NCBI GenBank assembly: GCA_001938485.1
Contig: MQRK01204239.1
Coordinates: 5,912-63,507, forward strand
Source: Girardia tigrina
Lineage: Eukaryota
Direction: 5' to 3'
Length of the DNA stretch: 57,596 bases
In this document: positions 11,614 to 25,100 of the stretch, piece by piece
How positions within the stretch are numbered: position 1 is the first letter of the stretch
Layout of the letters: every line of letters starts with the position of its first letter
The notes under the pieces: model-generated
What the model was told of the DNA's origin: nothing
Seen by the model: the letters and a program-made list of their open reading frames with translations, nothing else
Database searches by the model: none
Made by a program: the position numbers and the translations under genes

Positions 11614-12880
11614 GTATTTAATCTATATAATATTAAAAGTAATAATAATACTATTTATAGAAATGTATTAATAATTTGCAAATAAATTTTGAAGCTAAGA
11701 TAAAGGAAATAAATGAAAATATGAGAAAAGATAAAATGGAGTTTCAAAAAGACCAAGAAGGCATGAAGGTGCATATTTTGTATGATACAAATAACATCAT
11801 TAACAATTATTATAATTATTATTATTATGTTAATTATGATATTATTTATTTCCATTTTAAAAGATGGGATCTATCATAATTATGTATTGTTAAAACAAAA
11901 AAAATTTAATATCATAACCCCTCCTCCATTTGACACCTGACTAAAGTTTCAACCATTTGATGTGCCTCTCCTTCACATAATGTGGGAATTTGATTTCTAC
12001 TTGAGGCGAAACGAACTTGATAATTTTTCTATGGCTTTCACATTGGGAATTCTTCTTCCTATTGATAGGGTCTACACGGAGTAATACCATCTGCTCCTTA
12101 TCTTTCACCTCGGGTCAAATTTCGATAACTCATTTTCTAATCTATCAACATCAAATTTCTCCTGACTTCTGAAATGATCTTGTTCCTTGTTTTAGTTTTA
12201 CAATCAACCACAATTGCTTTATATTGTATCGCTTGCACTGAAACTAGCATCAGCGTCCAAAACAAAAACTCGTTCTAATCTGGGATAACTAAAAATTTCT
12301 TTTAATTTCTTGAAACTTTCTCGATATTCATTTGTTCCTTTTAGTTATTTATCAGATCTAGAAATTTCTGCATGAAGCGGTATCGTGATGGAATAATTAT
12401 TTATAAGTTGGTAATAATAGTTTGTAAGGCTAATGAAGGTCTTCAGTTTTGACTGATATTGTGATTCCTCGCCTCTTTAATTTCACTGATTTTCGCATTG
12501 TTCGTTCGTGTTCCTTCTATATTCACAATGTAACCTAAAAATAATAATTATTTTTAATGGAAATGACATTTCTCAGGATTGATTTTAACTCTCCATAAAT
12601 TCAATCACCAAAAAACCAATCTTAAAATATGAATATGTTTGACAAATGTTTTCCTGTAAATCAATATATCGTCCGAATACACGAGAACGCTCTTGAAGAT
12701 CATACTGTTGGATATTATTTACTTATCTTATAATAAAAATTAAATCAGCATTATTTTTTTATTATAACAAATTCTTTTTACAAGATTTATTTTATAAAAT
12801 ATACCCTTAGGACAGGTAGAAAGGGTGCGTATGTCACTCTTTGAAAATAATTTTATAAATTTATTATAGTATATCAATGT

Positions 12881-12917
<37 letters not shown>

Positions 12918-15900
12918 CTTTGTACCCTCTCCTTTATTTCAATTAACTTCTGTACAAATAGTTCTTGCGTACTTTTCAATTTAATTTCACTTAGACTTTT
13001 GACAAGAAGCTATACTCTTCAGCTATAAACAAATTTTCAATTCATTTCAAATATATTTTCAACCGACAAATAATTTGATTTACGTCTAAAAATTTTTTGT
13101 CTCCTCATTCTCTAAAATCATTCCTTTATAAAGGAATCGGCCGACCAGATGTCAACTGCCATGGCTTATATTTTTTTAAGCCTTTAATTACTTTTAATTG
13201 CTGCTGAAGCCAAACATTTAGATAACAGAAATTAATTTCGATCCTCAGTCAAGGCGCTGAACGTCAACCGCCTATAGACCGTAATTAAATTGGTCAATTG
13301 CTTATCGCAATTGTCAACAACTTAATCCCTAATTGTTAGGATGAATTAATTGCCCTTTTTTATAACTATAATATATTTCTCCTTTTATATTTTTTTAATT
13401 ATATTTTAATTAATGTATATTTATATTACATAAAATTATATTTTAATGTAGAAGCGTAAATATTTCTATTTACGTTTATCAAATAAATAAATAAATAATA
13501 ATTTTATTTTCTTTATTTTTCTTTACTTAACAATACCGTGTAACAAATTATGTATCAAACAGTATCTGTTACGGAATTCAGTTAGCAATAGTCAACCCAC
13601 ATTCTTACTATACAGTCTTTCTTCCATACGATAACTTGTGCAAAATTTCAATGGCTTTTACAGAGCCACATAATCTTGATTGCAAGAGATTCTAAATTAT
13701 TTCTTCGTTCTTATTTTTAAATTTATTTATTAAGAATTTAAAAGATGTTAAGATGTTATTATGTTTGTTCGGTTTCGTTAAATTTAAATTAGAGTAAAAG
13801 AAAATTTAAAGTTAATTTAAATTAGAGTAAAAGAAAATTTAAAGTTAATTTAAAATTTAGAGTAAAAGAAAATTTAAAGTTAATTTTAAAAATTTAAGGT
13901 TAAAAGAGGAAAAAAATTGTATATATATTTATAAGATCGTTGTGTGTATATTTATATATATATATATATATGTGTAAAATTTGGGAAATTTGGTTGTTGT
14001 TTGAATCGTTTAATTATAAGCGGTTACTGCTAAGTTGTAGTTTTATTGAATAATCAATAAAAATTATTATACTGATTCTGATGNCTTATTATTATTTTAT
14101 TATTGCGGTAACTCCGCTGATTGATATCAAAGCCGAAGCTCTTCATAAAGAACAAGCGAGATGTATTAAATTGAATTGGCATTTAAAGTTCACGGCATTT
14201 AACGATATGTCGGTATCTCATGAGTGTGATTACGTGATGGGAACGCCTAAAACCAAATTCTTCGAACACCTCGTTGATGTCCGCCCGCATACACGAAGTA
14301 CAAAAACTACGAACTATTTAAAACCGGGCTAACGACCTTGTTAGGTGAATCGAGTGATAATTCTTTCGGGTCGGATGATACCGAGTTCCGCGTTCCCGAC
14401 CCGCGACGCATTCGCANNNNNNNNNNNNNNNNNNNNNNNNNNNNNNNNNNNNNNNNNNNNNNNNNNNNNNNNNNNNNNNNNNNNNNNNNNNNNNNNNNNN
14501 NNNNNNNNNNNNNNNNNNNNNNNNNNNNNNNNNNNNNNNNNNNNNNNNNNNNNNNNNNNNNNNNNNNNNNNNNNNNNNNNNNNNNNNNNNNNNNNNNNNN
14601 NNNNNNNNNNNNNNNNNNNNNNNNNNNNNNNNNNNNNNNNNNNNNNNNNNNNNNNNNNNNNNNNNNNNNNNNNNNNNNNNNNNNNNNNNNNNNNNNNNNN
14701 NNNNNNNNNNNNNNNNNNNNNNNNNNNNNNNNNNNNNNNNNNNNNNNNNNNNNNNNNNNNNNNNNNNNNNNNNNNNNNNNNNNNNNNNNNNNNNNNNNNN
14801 NNNNNNNNNNNNNNNNNNNNNNTAGTAAAAATAAAAATAATAACAACAATAAAATAAATAACCACATTCACAAAACCGAACCCACTTCCCTCCCCTTGAT
14901 ACCCCGCGGGAGGACGGGTTGTGTTAAACGCTTCCACTGCGTTGCTGCCGCAACAATGTTATTTATACCAATTTATTTTATTCTTAAATTCGTTTATTTA
15001 CGGAGGGATGTTGATTGATCAGTCCAGTCCTCTTCATGATATGATGTTGAATCCACCGAGTATGATCTAAATAAAACTTGGATGTTATACATATATGTGG
15101 TTCTTGTACCACTCTAACACTAACTTCGTCAGCTCATAATCTATGATGATGTTTGTTACTAATTGTTGACATCCATAAGTTAGTCTACAAATAATCGCAT
15201 GTCAATACTCCAAATAAAAAGTGGATGCTTTTTTTCACGAACACTACATTTATTTTTCTCAATTAAGCATTCTATTGTATCTTTAAGGCGGATGTACCCA
15301 TGTGCAACTCAGTTCCTGTCGATAATACTTCAAATAGTCTAATTCCTACATCTGAAAACCTCTTTCCGATTTTCCACGGATAATCTTTCCTCATAACTGT
15401 AACAGAAGCCTCAAAATCTCATAAAATATCTAGTTAAAACCAAACATATATCCATCATACTCTATAGTTTACCACTAGTTAGTCGTCACATTGCCATTCA
15501 TAGTCTCTATTGCAATCCAATTGTTAAAATGTAAGCAACGGGATTGTTCTGTTTTTCCAGTTTAACATCGTTGTCGTAAATTCATCATCGGGTCGGGATG
15601 TATCGTTATGCTGGTTGAAAATGTACTTTATCTATCTAGATATCTAATAATCCATGCTTTTCAATAGGGTCATACTCTGAAGAAATGACCTAGTAATCGG
15701 TATATTAAATATTTGTCCTTCAGTGGACATCAAAATCGTATGTAATCATCTGTACCACAAAAACATTGTCACAATTTTAACCGCTTTTCGTGCGTGTGGA
15801 AATGCTACGACATTCATTATCTTTCGAACAATTTATCTCAGTAATAAAAGGTTGATGGTTTTAAGGATTTTCTAGATATTTCAAATCAAATGATTCAGTT

Positions 15901-16140
15901 TGACTTCGCCTGTTGAAAGATTCTGTATTCCTAAAACCATCAAGCTCGTCGATTCTTTTTCGAAGACTTCAATTGAGGTTTGTTCTGACTTATGTATTCC
16001 CAGCTTTGAATATCATGAAAATGAGTGGTAATATATTTCTTTTAACCATTTATGAACTTTCATTGATAAATAAAAATGCCAATTTAACGTTAAAAAATAT
16101 ATTTAAAAATAAACAACAGATAAAAAGAAATATATTACTA

Positions 16141-16180
<40 letters not shown>

Positions 16181-19100
16181 CTGTAATTGTTGGGTAGTTA
16201 ATTGCAATAATAACAGTTATTTATTTCGTTGTTTCACTACGCACCTCTTTCTTTTGTAAACGATAGTATCAATGGATTTAATTGTTTTTTTGTCTTTCGG
16301 TTCGATATTTTTCGAGGTAATGACTGCAAATAACATGAAATCTATATCTTTCTCTATCGAAAAGCATATTCTGTTTTGTGAAAGTTCAGGATTGATGGGG
16401 ATTCTTTGATAATTTATAAAACCAAAAATAAATTTTGAATATGAATTTAAACTACGGTGATCGCACAGTTGTTTACCATTGTTTACCAGTTTTACTGAAA
16501 AAAAATAGAAATAGACGAATCCCTTTTTCGCCAATCTAGAATGAACTTCTTTACCATAAATATTTCATGGAAAAATCTCGTTCCTCGTCTTGAGCTAAGG
16601 CATCTGTATTATGATTTAATACATAATTTACTGGTTTCATCTGACAGCCCCAAATCGAAGGTATGTTTATAATAAACAAAATAAATTTTATATAGTTATG
16701 ATTATAATAATTATTATCATTATTATAGATTTGTATTAATAATCTGCAAGCCAAATTTGGGTTGAAAAAGGATCAAGAAGATATGAAGGTATGTAATATG
16801 GGTAGTAATAGTATGTAATATAACCAAATAATTACCTCAATATCGGCCAAATTATATCAGTTACTTAAAGCTGTTCAAAATTCAAAGATGTTCAAAATTT
16901 AAAGATGTTCAAACATCTTTATTTAGAAGCAATTGTTTTTAATAATTTCTGGTAATTTCCATAAATTAAAATCTTTTTATTACCCAAGGCCTGCTCGAAG
17001 AGCCCTCTGTGTTCATATAAGAATAGATTGACCTACACTATGTAGAATTAATTTAATGTAGAATTAATATATACTGTTAGACCACCCAAAGGCTACATGC
17101 GTCTCTTGCATATTTATATTTGTACTGTTATTTTTATACTCATATTAACATTTAAATTTGCCTTATTTATATTTACATGTACTCATGTTCATTTTAAATA
17201 TTTGTCAGTTTTAACTAAACTGTGATTCTCTAGATTTAATGCAAATTATCAAATTCTTTTCATTAATCAGAATCATCTTCATTAAGTGATTGTATAAACT
17301 AAGACTTTATTCCTTTATTTTAATTCTTTATAACCCTGTGTCCAAATGTCCACGAAACTCAGTCCACTTGATGCTATCGTACATTAATTTTTTGGATTGT
17401 TAGAAACAAAATCGTTTATTGTTGAGACATCTTCACTTCTTCTCCAGTTGTAAGCCCAATTTGTTGTGAACCGTCATGCATTGAAATGCTAGTTACAATT
17501 TTCGATTCACATTCATACTGTTTTCGTTTTAAATTAAGTCGATGTCAACACATGCCTCATTATAGTAAAAATACTTTATGAAATAACATTATAAAACGAA
17601 ATAAATTGGTAAAAGATAATTTTTAAAATATTTAACCATTCTTGGGTCAAGTGACCTTCACTTCTCTGTAAGGCTTTAAGCCTCGTGGCTTTTAAAGAGG
17701 TCCTGAAACTCTGATAATACATTCACACAGTTCCCCATAACTGGGGATTGACATGGTACTGCTCTACCTGATTACAGACATAATCGCATCATTGTACAAT
17801 TTGAATGATTCGTCGGATATCGTAGCATGTTATCTCACCCTTTACCACCAGTTCACCTTGCTTACCATGACCTTCACACCCAGAATAGTAGCTAAACCTT
17901 AAGAGTGAATTGCTTGCCCACTGGTAATGTAAATTACTGCAGACCGTTCAAGCAACATTTGGCTAGCTTTGGACAATTTTAGCCTAGATTTCTAGTTTCC
18001 CTGGGACACCAGATGAAAGTATGTTCGACTGGCTAACGCATTGATCCACAAAATTGGGTCAAATAACCTGTTCACCACCTAATCGCGAAGCAATGTTTGT
18101 AGCGTGGCCGGAACCCTCTGGTCCTCGGAGATGGTGGCTCGGTATCGGAGGAATCAAAAACAATACAGCCAACCTGTATCCGGTGTCCAGTTGAGGGTGA
18201 ACACCGAAATCCTTTCCCCATCCGCGTCGTTAGAATTTTATTGTTTTTGCGTGCAAGTACTTCTGGATACTGAAGTCTCGTTTGATTTAATTCGTCATTT
18301 ATTGTGCGAAGAAACTCTTTCGAAAATTCGACATAATTTAATCTTCCATTTTTATTGAGATCGACTGATTTAATCAGATTTGATGCCTCAATTTTGGATA
18401 AATGAGAAAAATATTTGAGAATAAATGCATTTATTTGATAATTTTCTGGATAGCGAACAACAACCATTTTTATTTTGAATTTCCAATCAATTTTTTGGTC
18501 CTGATGAAGACCGATTCACGTTCTCTCAGATAATTAAATTTCAATTGCAACGCTCTGGCCTTGGTGATTGTGCCGCGGTGTTGGAAAAATTATTTTTATC
18601 TTCAAACATTCTCCCCAATAAATAAAAAAAAATTGTGTAAGAAATTTTTGTGTTATACTCTAATATTTTACATTTCTAATTAATAAAAATAATTTTAAGA
18701 TACTTATCCTTTTGCTTTTTTATTGACAAAGACTTTTGTTAAATTTAAAAAATTATTAAATATTATGTTCCTGGAATATTAAAAAATGTCAACAATAAAA
18801 TAACAAAATAGAACTTTTCTGACAAATCGTTGGCTAAAATCTATTTAATATATACTGTTAGACCACCCAAAGGCTACATGTGTCTCTTGCATATTTATAT
18901 TTGTACTGTTATTTTTATACTCATATTAGCATTTAAATTTGCCTTATTTATATTTACATGTACTCATATTCATTTTAAATATTTGTCAGTCCCGACTGGA
19001 GAACCATACTCTCAGCTGTCACTTCCAGTAGGGTTACCGGTCTAATAAAAATCATGAGTATATCTATTTTTTATTCAATAAAAAATTAAATTTAATAAGA

Positions 19101-22100
19101 ACAATAAAAATCAATTATCGCTATGTGATGAAATGAGTATGACATTCAGAAAATATTATTTACCGCTACTTCGGTTTAGCTCGTTCTTTTAATCAAAAAT
19201 TTGTAATCGTCGATTTTGATCTGATTTTTATTTGATCATCCAAATCGAAAATCGATAATTTTTCTCCCTCAATCATTGTTTTGACGAAATAATCACAAAC
19301 CGATATATTACACTTGATTATCTATCATCAACACTTCTGAAGACAACTAAAGGTTATCCTTATGTAAATTCATCCATTAATAGAAAAAGAAATTAACCAA
19401 AGTCGCTATCATCATCTATTCAATATAATAAAATACAATACATGAAATCTTTTTTACTAAAGCTGATTAAAAGAAAAATGTATCTTAAAAGTCTATGCCG
19501 ATATCTTACGTTCACGAAATCAAGTGTTTAATAATTTCATTTTACTTCAAACTCTCCTCTCTAGAGCTGTTTTACCTTTCCCTGTGATTCAATATTACGA
19601 CCTTTTCTCTAACTGTTATCTCGTTTAGATTAGTTAAATAATAATAAATTTCATATTTGGTTTATATTTTCGTATTTTCATACCACAAGTTAGTCTATTG
19701 ATTCGGCAATCAAATCTGTTCCACCGGTAAAATTCTCATCCAGAGATTCACAAACAATGAAACAAACAAATTTAACATAATTTGATATTTGGTAAAAATT
19801 AATGTGTATAATAAAAATTTCTGAATAGTTTCTTTCAACATATGTTTCATTTAAATAAATGAATAATTGATAGCAAATAATCTTGCGTATTACATATTTA
19901 TATCTCTATCGTTTTGTTACAATGTCTGTTAAATTGATTGAGATAATGGTATATCATTTGAGTTGATAATCTGCAACGAAAGCAGTTCCAGGAATATTCG
20001 ATCTCGTATTTTGCACTGAAAGTTGATAGTTCTTACAGTTTGATGAGACTTCAAAGGTTATTCTCTTCAAATTTCCGACGAAGGGTTTGGGCGCACCCGA
20101 GCACATGGGAGGTGCCCTCCTCGGAGAAAATATATACCATTTTGCGTGACTTCCTCCATCTTCCATCGTCAATGAGTAATTTGAATTGAAAATTTTGCTT
20201 GAATAAAATCGTGCCCACTTTATTTTTGACTTCCTCGACATAAGTGTGGTAGAAAAATTGAAATCAATCGCATATTTGATGTATTGCATTTGATAAAATC
20301 TATCTTTTTGAAAATCAACAATCGAATTTGTCTCTATTAATAAAATACATTGTTTCCGAACTCGAAATAAAAGTTAGATTCGTCGGTATCTCAATAATCT
20401 CGTTAATTTTGTTGTAGTAATAATCATCAGAATCGACTAATGAACCTAATTCACCTTTCCAAGTCAAATCAATTTCAAATTGTTGATAATACCTTTTTTC
20501 CTATAGTTTAGTTGATCGCAATATTTAGTTGAAAACTCTCAATATTTTTGTATCAAAAACAAAACGAAAACAAATCTTCAGAAGCGCTTTATTTTAACAT
20601 TACAATCAAAGTTGCTCAGCAACGATTTTGATAAACACAAAACTTCAGACGTTTCTAGACTTCAAATAAAAGAAAAACCTTTTTTACACAAATTCTCTAT
20701 AAATAATAATATATTTTTTCTTTCATTAATAACAAAATTTTTTTGTAATAAAAATTTATTATTTTTCAATTCTGAACAGTGGTGTTATATACATGTTCAT
20801 ATCAACTCTTGTTTCACTATAGTTTGATGAAGACGTGAAGATGGAAATCTACATCTACCTCTCCTGACAAAAAGAGATATTTAAGAGAACGAATATATCA
20901 AAATTTCAATGAAGTGAAGGAGAAAGTAGTCACTTTCTCAGATGAATAGTAAAAATGTTTCTACAAACATACATTTTTAATTAGTTCAGCACTGGAAGAA
21001 GTATATAGAGATCGTTGGGTCATATGTTGAAAATTTTATTACCTTCGAGTGATTATTTTGTAAAAATATTATGTTGTGTGTTACTAGTCGATTTTTTTTA
21101 TTATTGATATTTGCAATTAACACGTTTGCGGACACATGAAATGTGAGGTAGGCTCAAAAAACACACTAATTTTTAATATGTATTTCGTTTTAAAATGTTA
21201 CACTTAGTTGTACTTTGTTAAAAAAATCTTTTTCCATGTTTTCCAAAAAAAATGACCGCGGTAATTTCCGTTTCGTACTACGTCAGCATAAGTTCTTAGA
21301 CGGCTATAACCGTTTTGTCCACGAAGGTGTTAATAACAAATAACAGAAATAAATATAGAATACGAAAGAAAACTTTTGGATGTTGTGGGTACATCACTCG
21401 TTTGAAGAAAAAAATCCATCACACACTTCAAAAAACTTTTTTAATCCAAATTACAAATAATATCACTTTTCAAATTTCCCAATTTACTTCTCAATAATTA
21501 AACAACTAATATTGCATTTGTTTTGACAAAAGTTTTTTATTTAAATTTAATTGTCTTTAAATCGGAATGATTCTTTTTTTCCTTTTAATCTTTATTTAAA
21601 TTTCGGTTTTGTGAGTTTTAGTTTTCCCAAAATTCTTCTCAAATATTTTGTAGTTTTTATTTATTTTTTGTTATTCTGAATTATCTTTAATAAATAATTC
21701 TACATAGCCTTTACTTCCGATTAAAATTTTATATTTCAAACTGATTGTCTTTTCAAAAATTTTCAATATGGTTCTTAAGCTCCTTACGAAAACATACGTT
21801 TAATTAAAAGCAAATGTCAATGAAAAGAGAAGACATTTCGAACAAGAAACAATAATGGTAATCATTTACCTTCTACAATTATCTTTAAATTCAAATGTTT
21901 TAATGACTTAGGAGCTGTCCATAAATGACGTCAAGCGATTTTAGAAGATTTCCAATCCCCCTCCACCACGTCACATTTCGTTACAAAAAGCCTGACCCTC
22001 CTCCACCCTCCGGCGTTATGTCGTTTATGGATAGCCACTTAAGACTAACATTGAGTACCAGATTAAGAAATAAAATATGATTAGAAAGGGATGGGTGCTT

Positions 22101-25100
22101 TATTCTTTGACAATATTCTTTTCCTTTAATTTTTAAAATAAAATTGGTTTGAATTGTATCTTCTCCGGTTTCAGATGTATAGTCTAAGTTTCAGGTGCAC
22201 GGATATGCTCCAGCATAGCTCTTAAGAATGACGAATCAATATTCTTTGTTCAGTAACATTGTAGTTTTAGCTGTAAAATCACTTTTAGTGCAATAGGGAA
22301 AGGTAAAGTTAAATATTCATCTATCTGTTGTAATTGCCAGACGGATTATAGATACTTCTCTCAGAATCACTCCTTGGCCACTCGGATTGGCATTGTCGAT
22401 AGTCACTAGCACATCATATTTAGGCACATTCAATCATTTATCTGTTGGGTCTTAGGTTGAATAGATTTATTTTTCAATACAACTCTTATAAACAGTGGTG
22501 GATCCAGGGTGGTGGCTAAGGTGGCTAGCTACCCCCTCTTGTTTTTGTCATAAAAACAGGTTAACCTTTTTGCATCATAAATAAGCGAGCAAAACAGGAA
22601 TGTAATGAAGTGTGCTGAAAAACTCTGTTCTATTGTTTACTGAAATATTGATTCAAGACAAGAAATAAACATCAACTTTATTGTGGAATCCTAAAACAAA
22701 ACCAATTGTGCTAAGCGTGTGATACCGGTATTATCACAATGGGTGCTTTTACTAATAGGCAAACCTAAGCAAACTGCTTAGGGGCGCCAATTAAAAAAGG
22801 GCACTTGATTTTTTTTTGAAAAATTTTATCACGTGTAAGTAACTGCTCTGTGGAATGCATTTTTTTCATTTTTGAAAAGATTAAGAACATATTTAAGATC
22901 AACTATAAAAGAACAACGCTTAAATGCTTTATCGATTTTATTATTAGAAATAGATTTTACGTTAAATTTAGATTCTTCCGATATATTAGGGGTACCCAAA
23001 TGTTATGTCGTTTTTTATTGATTTTTAGAAACAAAAATAAAACCATATAAAACATTTATTTAATCAGAAAAATAGTCCCCATCGCAATCGATGACCTTTT
23101 CCCAACGTGATATAAGTTTTTCTATGCCATTAGAAAAAAAGGATTCGTCCTTGGATTCGAAAAACTTCACCAGTCCATTTTGGACATCATCCATTGATAG
23201 GATTTTTTTACCCTGAAGATAATATTGCAAAGATCTAAAGAGATGGTAATCCGAAGGGGCCAAGTCAGGAGAGTATGCCGGATGAGGTAGAACTTCCCAT
23301 ACCAATTCTTTCAATTTTTGCTGTGTTTTCTTTGCAGCATGTGGTCTAGCGTTATCATGCTGTAGGATAACACGATTTCTGTTGAGCAATCCCGGGCATT
23401 TAGTAGTCATTGCGTCTCTCNNNNNNNNNNNNNNNNNNNNNNNNNNNNNNNNNNNNNNNNNNNNNNNNNNNNNNNNNNNNNNNNNNNNNNNNNNNNNNNN
23501 NNNNNNNNNNNNNNNNNNNNNNNNNNNNNNNNNNNNNNNNNNNNNNNNNNNNNNNNNNNNNNNNNNNNNNNNNNNNNNNNNNNNNNNNNNNNNNNNNNNN
23601 NNNNNNNNNNNNNNNNNNNNNNNNNNNNNNNNNNNNNNNNNNNNNNNNNNNNNNNNNNNNNNNNNNNNNNNNNNNNNNNNNNNNNNNNNNNNNNNNNNNN
23701 NNNNNNNNNNNNNNNNNNNNNNNNNNNNNNNNNNNNNNNNNNNNNNNNNNNNNNNNNNNNNNNNNNNNNNNNNNNNNNNNNNNNNNNNNNNNNNNNNNNN
23801 NNNNNNNNNNNNNNNNNNNNNNNNNNNNNNNNNNNNNNNNNNNNNNNNNNNNNNNNNNNNNNNNNNNNNNNNNNNNNNNNNNNNNNNNNNNNNNNNNNNN
23901 NNNNNNNNNNNNNNNNNNNNNNNNNNNNNNNNNNNNNNNNNNNNNNNNNNNNNNNNNNNNNNNNNNNNNNNNNNNNNNNNNNNNNNNNNNNNNNNNNNNN
24001 NNNNNNNNNNNNCTAAAAATAGGCACAAATCAAAGTTAATACACTAACTGAAATTAATAAATAAAAATGGTAGAGTCAAAATAATGTAGGCGGCAGTTAA
24101 ACGATTTAGAAAAATATATCAAAAAAAAACGGCATAACATTTGGGTACCCCTAATAATTGATGATTTTATTGGAACAAAATCAATATAAAAATTTTAATA
24201 TGTTAAAGAAAGTAAAGGAAAAGAAATTTTATTCAAATAAATTAACAAAAATCACCAAATATAATAAGTTTTTCCATTCTTTTTATTAGCTTACTTTCTA
24301 TATATGTATGTGTATATATGTATCCATGGAATTTAAAAACCTACTTTTAAAGGCTCTTTACTCAATCAATTTTCTCCAAACTTTAATAATGCATCTGTAC
24401 ATCTATTGTCCCGTGCATTATATTTAAATTTTCCTCGTGCTTCACTCTCAATTTTTCGTAATTTCTGACGAAAAATGGGTCATATTATTTTCAAAAAAAT
24501 GAAAAGACAGTTTTCTGATATTTAAGTAATGACCCCTATAACTATTTAATAAAAATGTTATATTCCTTTTGTTTTTATATTTTGTTTTAGCATGTCCAGT
24601 GGTTCACAAAACAAGCGTCTTAAACAGTTGTGTCTTAGTTTATTACGTATTTCCTCTGCAGCTCTGCAAAACAATCATTCTGTCGACTGTATGAGTGTCA
24701 GTATCCCACTACATCAATCAAAAGGTCTTTTTGAGAAAAGATTATCATCTGTATTGTATGATACTATAGTGAATGTCTCCCTAGAAGATTCACAGTGTGT
24801 CTTACAACAGCCATTAGATTTTGTTAATTGCACTGACATTGCTTCAATTCTTGATGAAAGTATTCTTCATAAAATTTCATAAAAAATTCGTGACAGGGGA
24901 GTAAATATTTCAAAGAAATTTCGTGATTGAAGGGAAATTTTATAGCGGGGGAGTATATTTCATAAAAAATTTCGTGACATGGGAGTAAATATTTTAAAAA
25001 ATTTCGTAGGTAAAGGGAAATTTTATTTCACACTAGGAGTAATTACATGCCTTGAGCTTAATAAACGAATGTGACTTGCCAGTGATGCCAGCGGTCAATT

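Noticed and set aside
14307-15018. Long ORFs spanning N-runs (also 23382-24047 and 38274-38686)
   Set aside because: Their length is an artefact of assembly gaps.
15000-16080. Decayed coding-like sequence on the minus strand
   Set aside because: No motif could be recognised with confidence, so it is left unannotated.
20822-20930. Possible extra TRAF exon after TTCACTATAG
   Set aside because: The phase-0 reading hits a stop (TGA) and lacks similarity to the coiled-coil exons.
23060-23420. SETMAR-like host gene
   Set aside because: Bounded by mariner TIRs with no SET methyltransferase domain; the SET/NAP fragment at 54.4 kb is an unrelated protein family.
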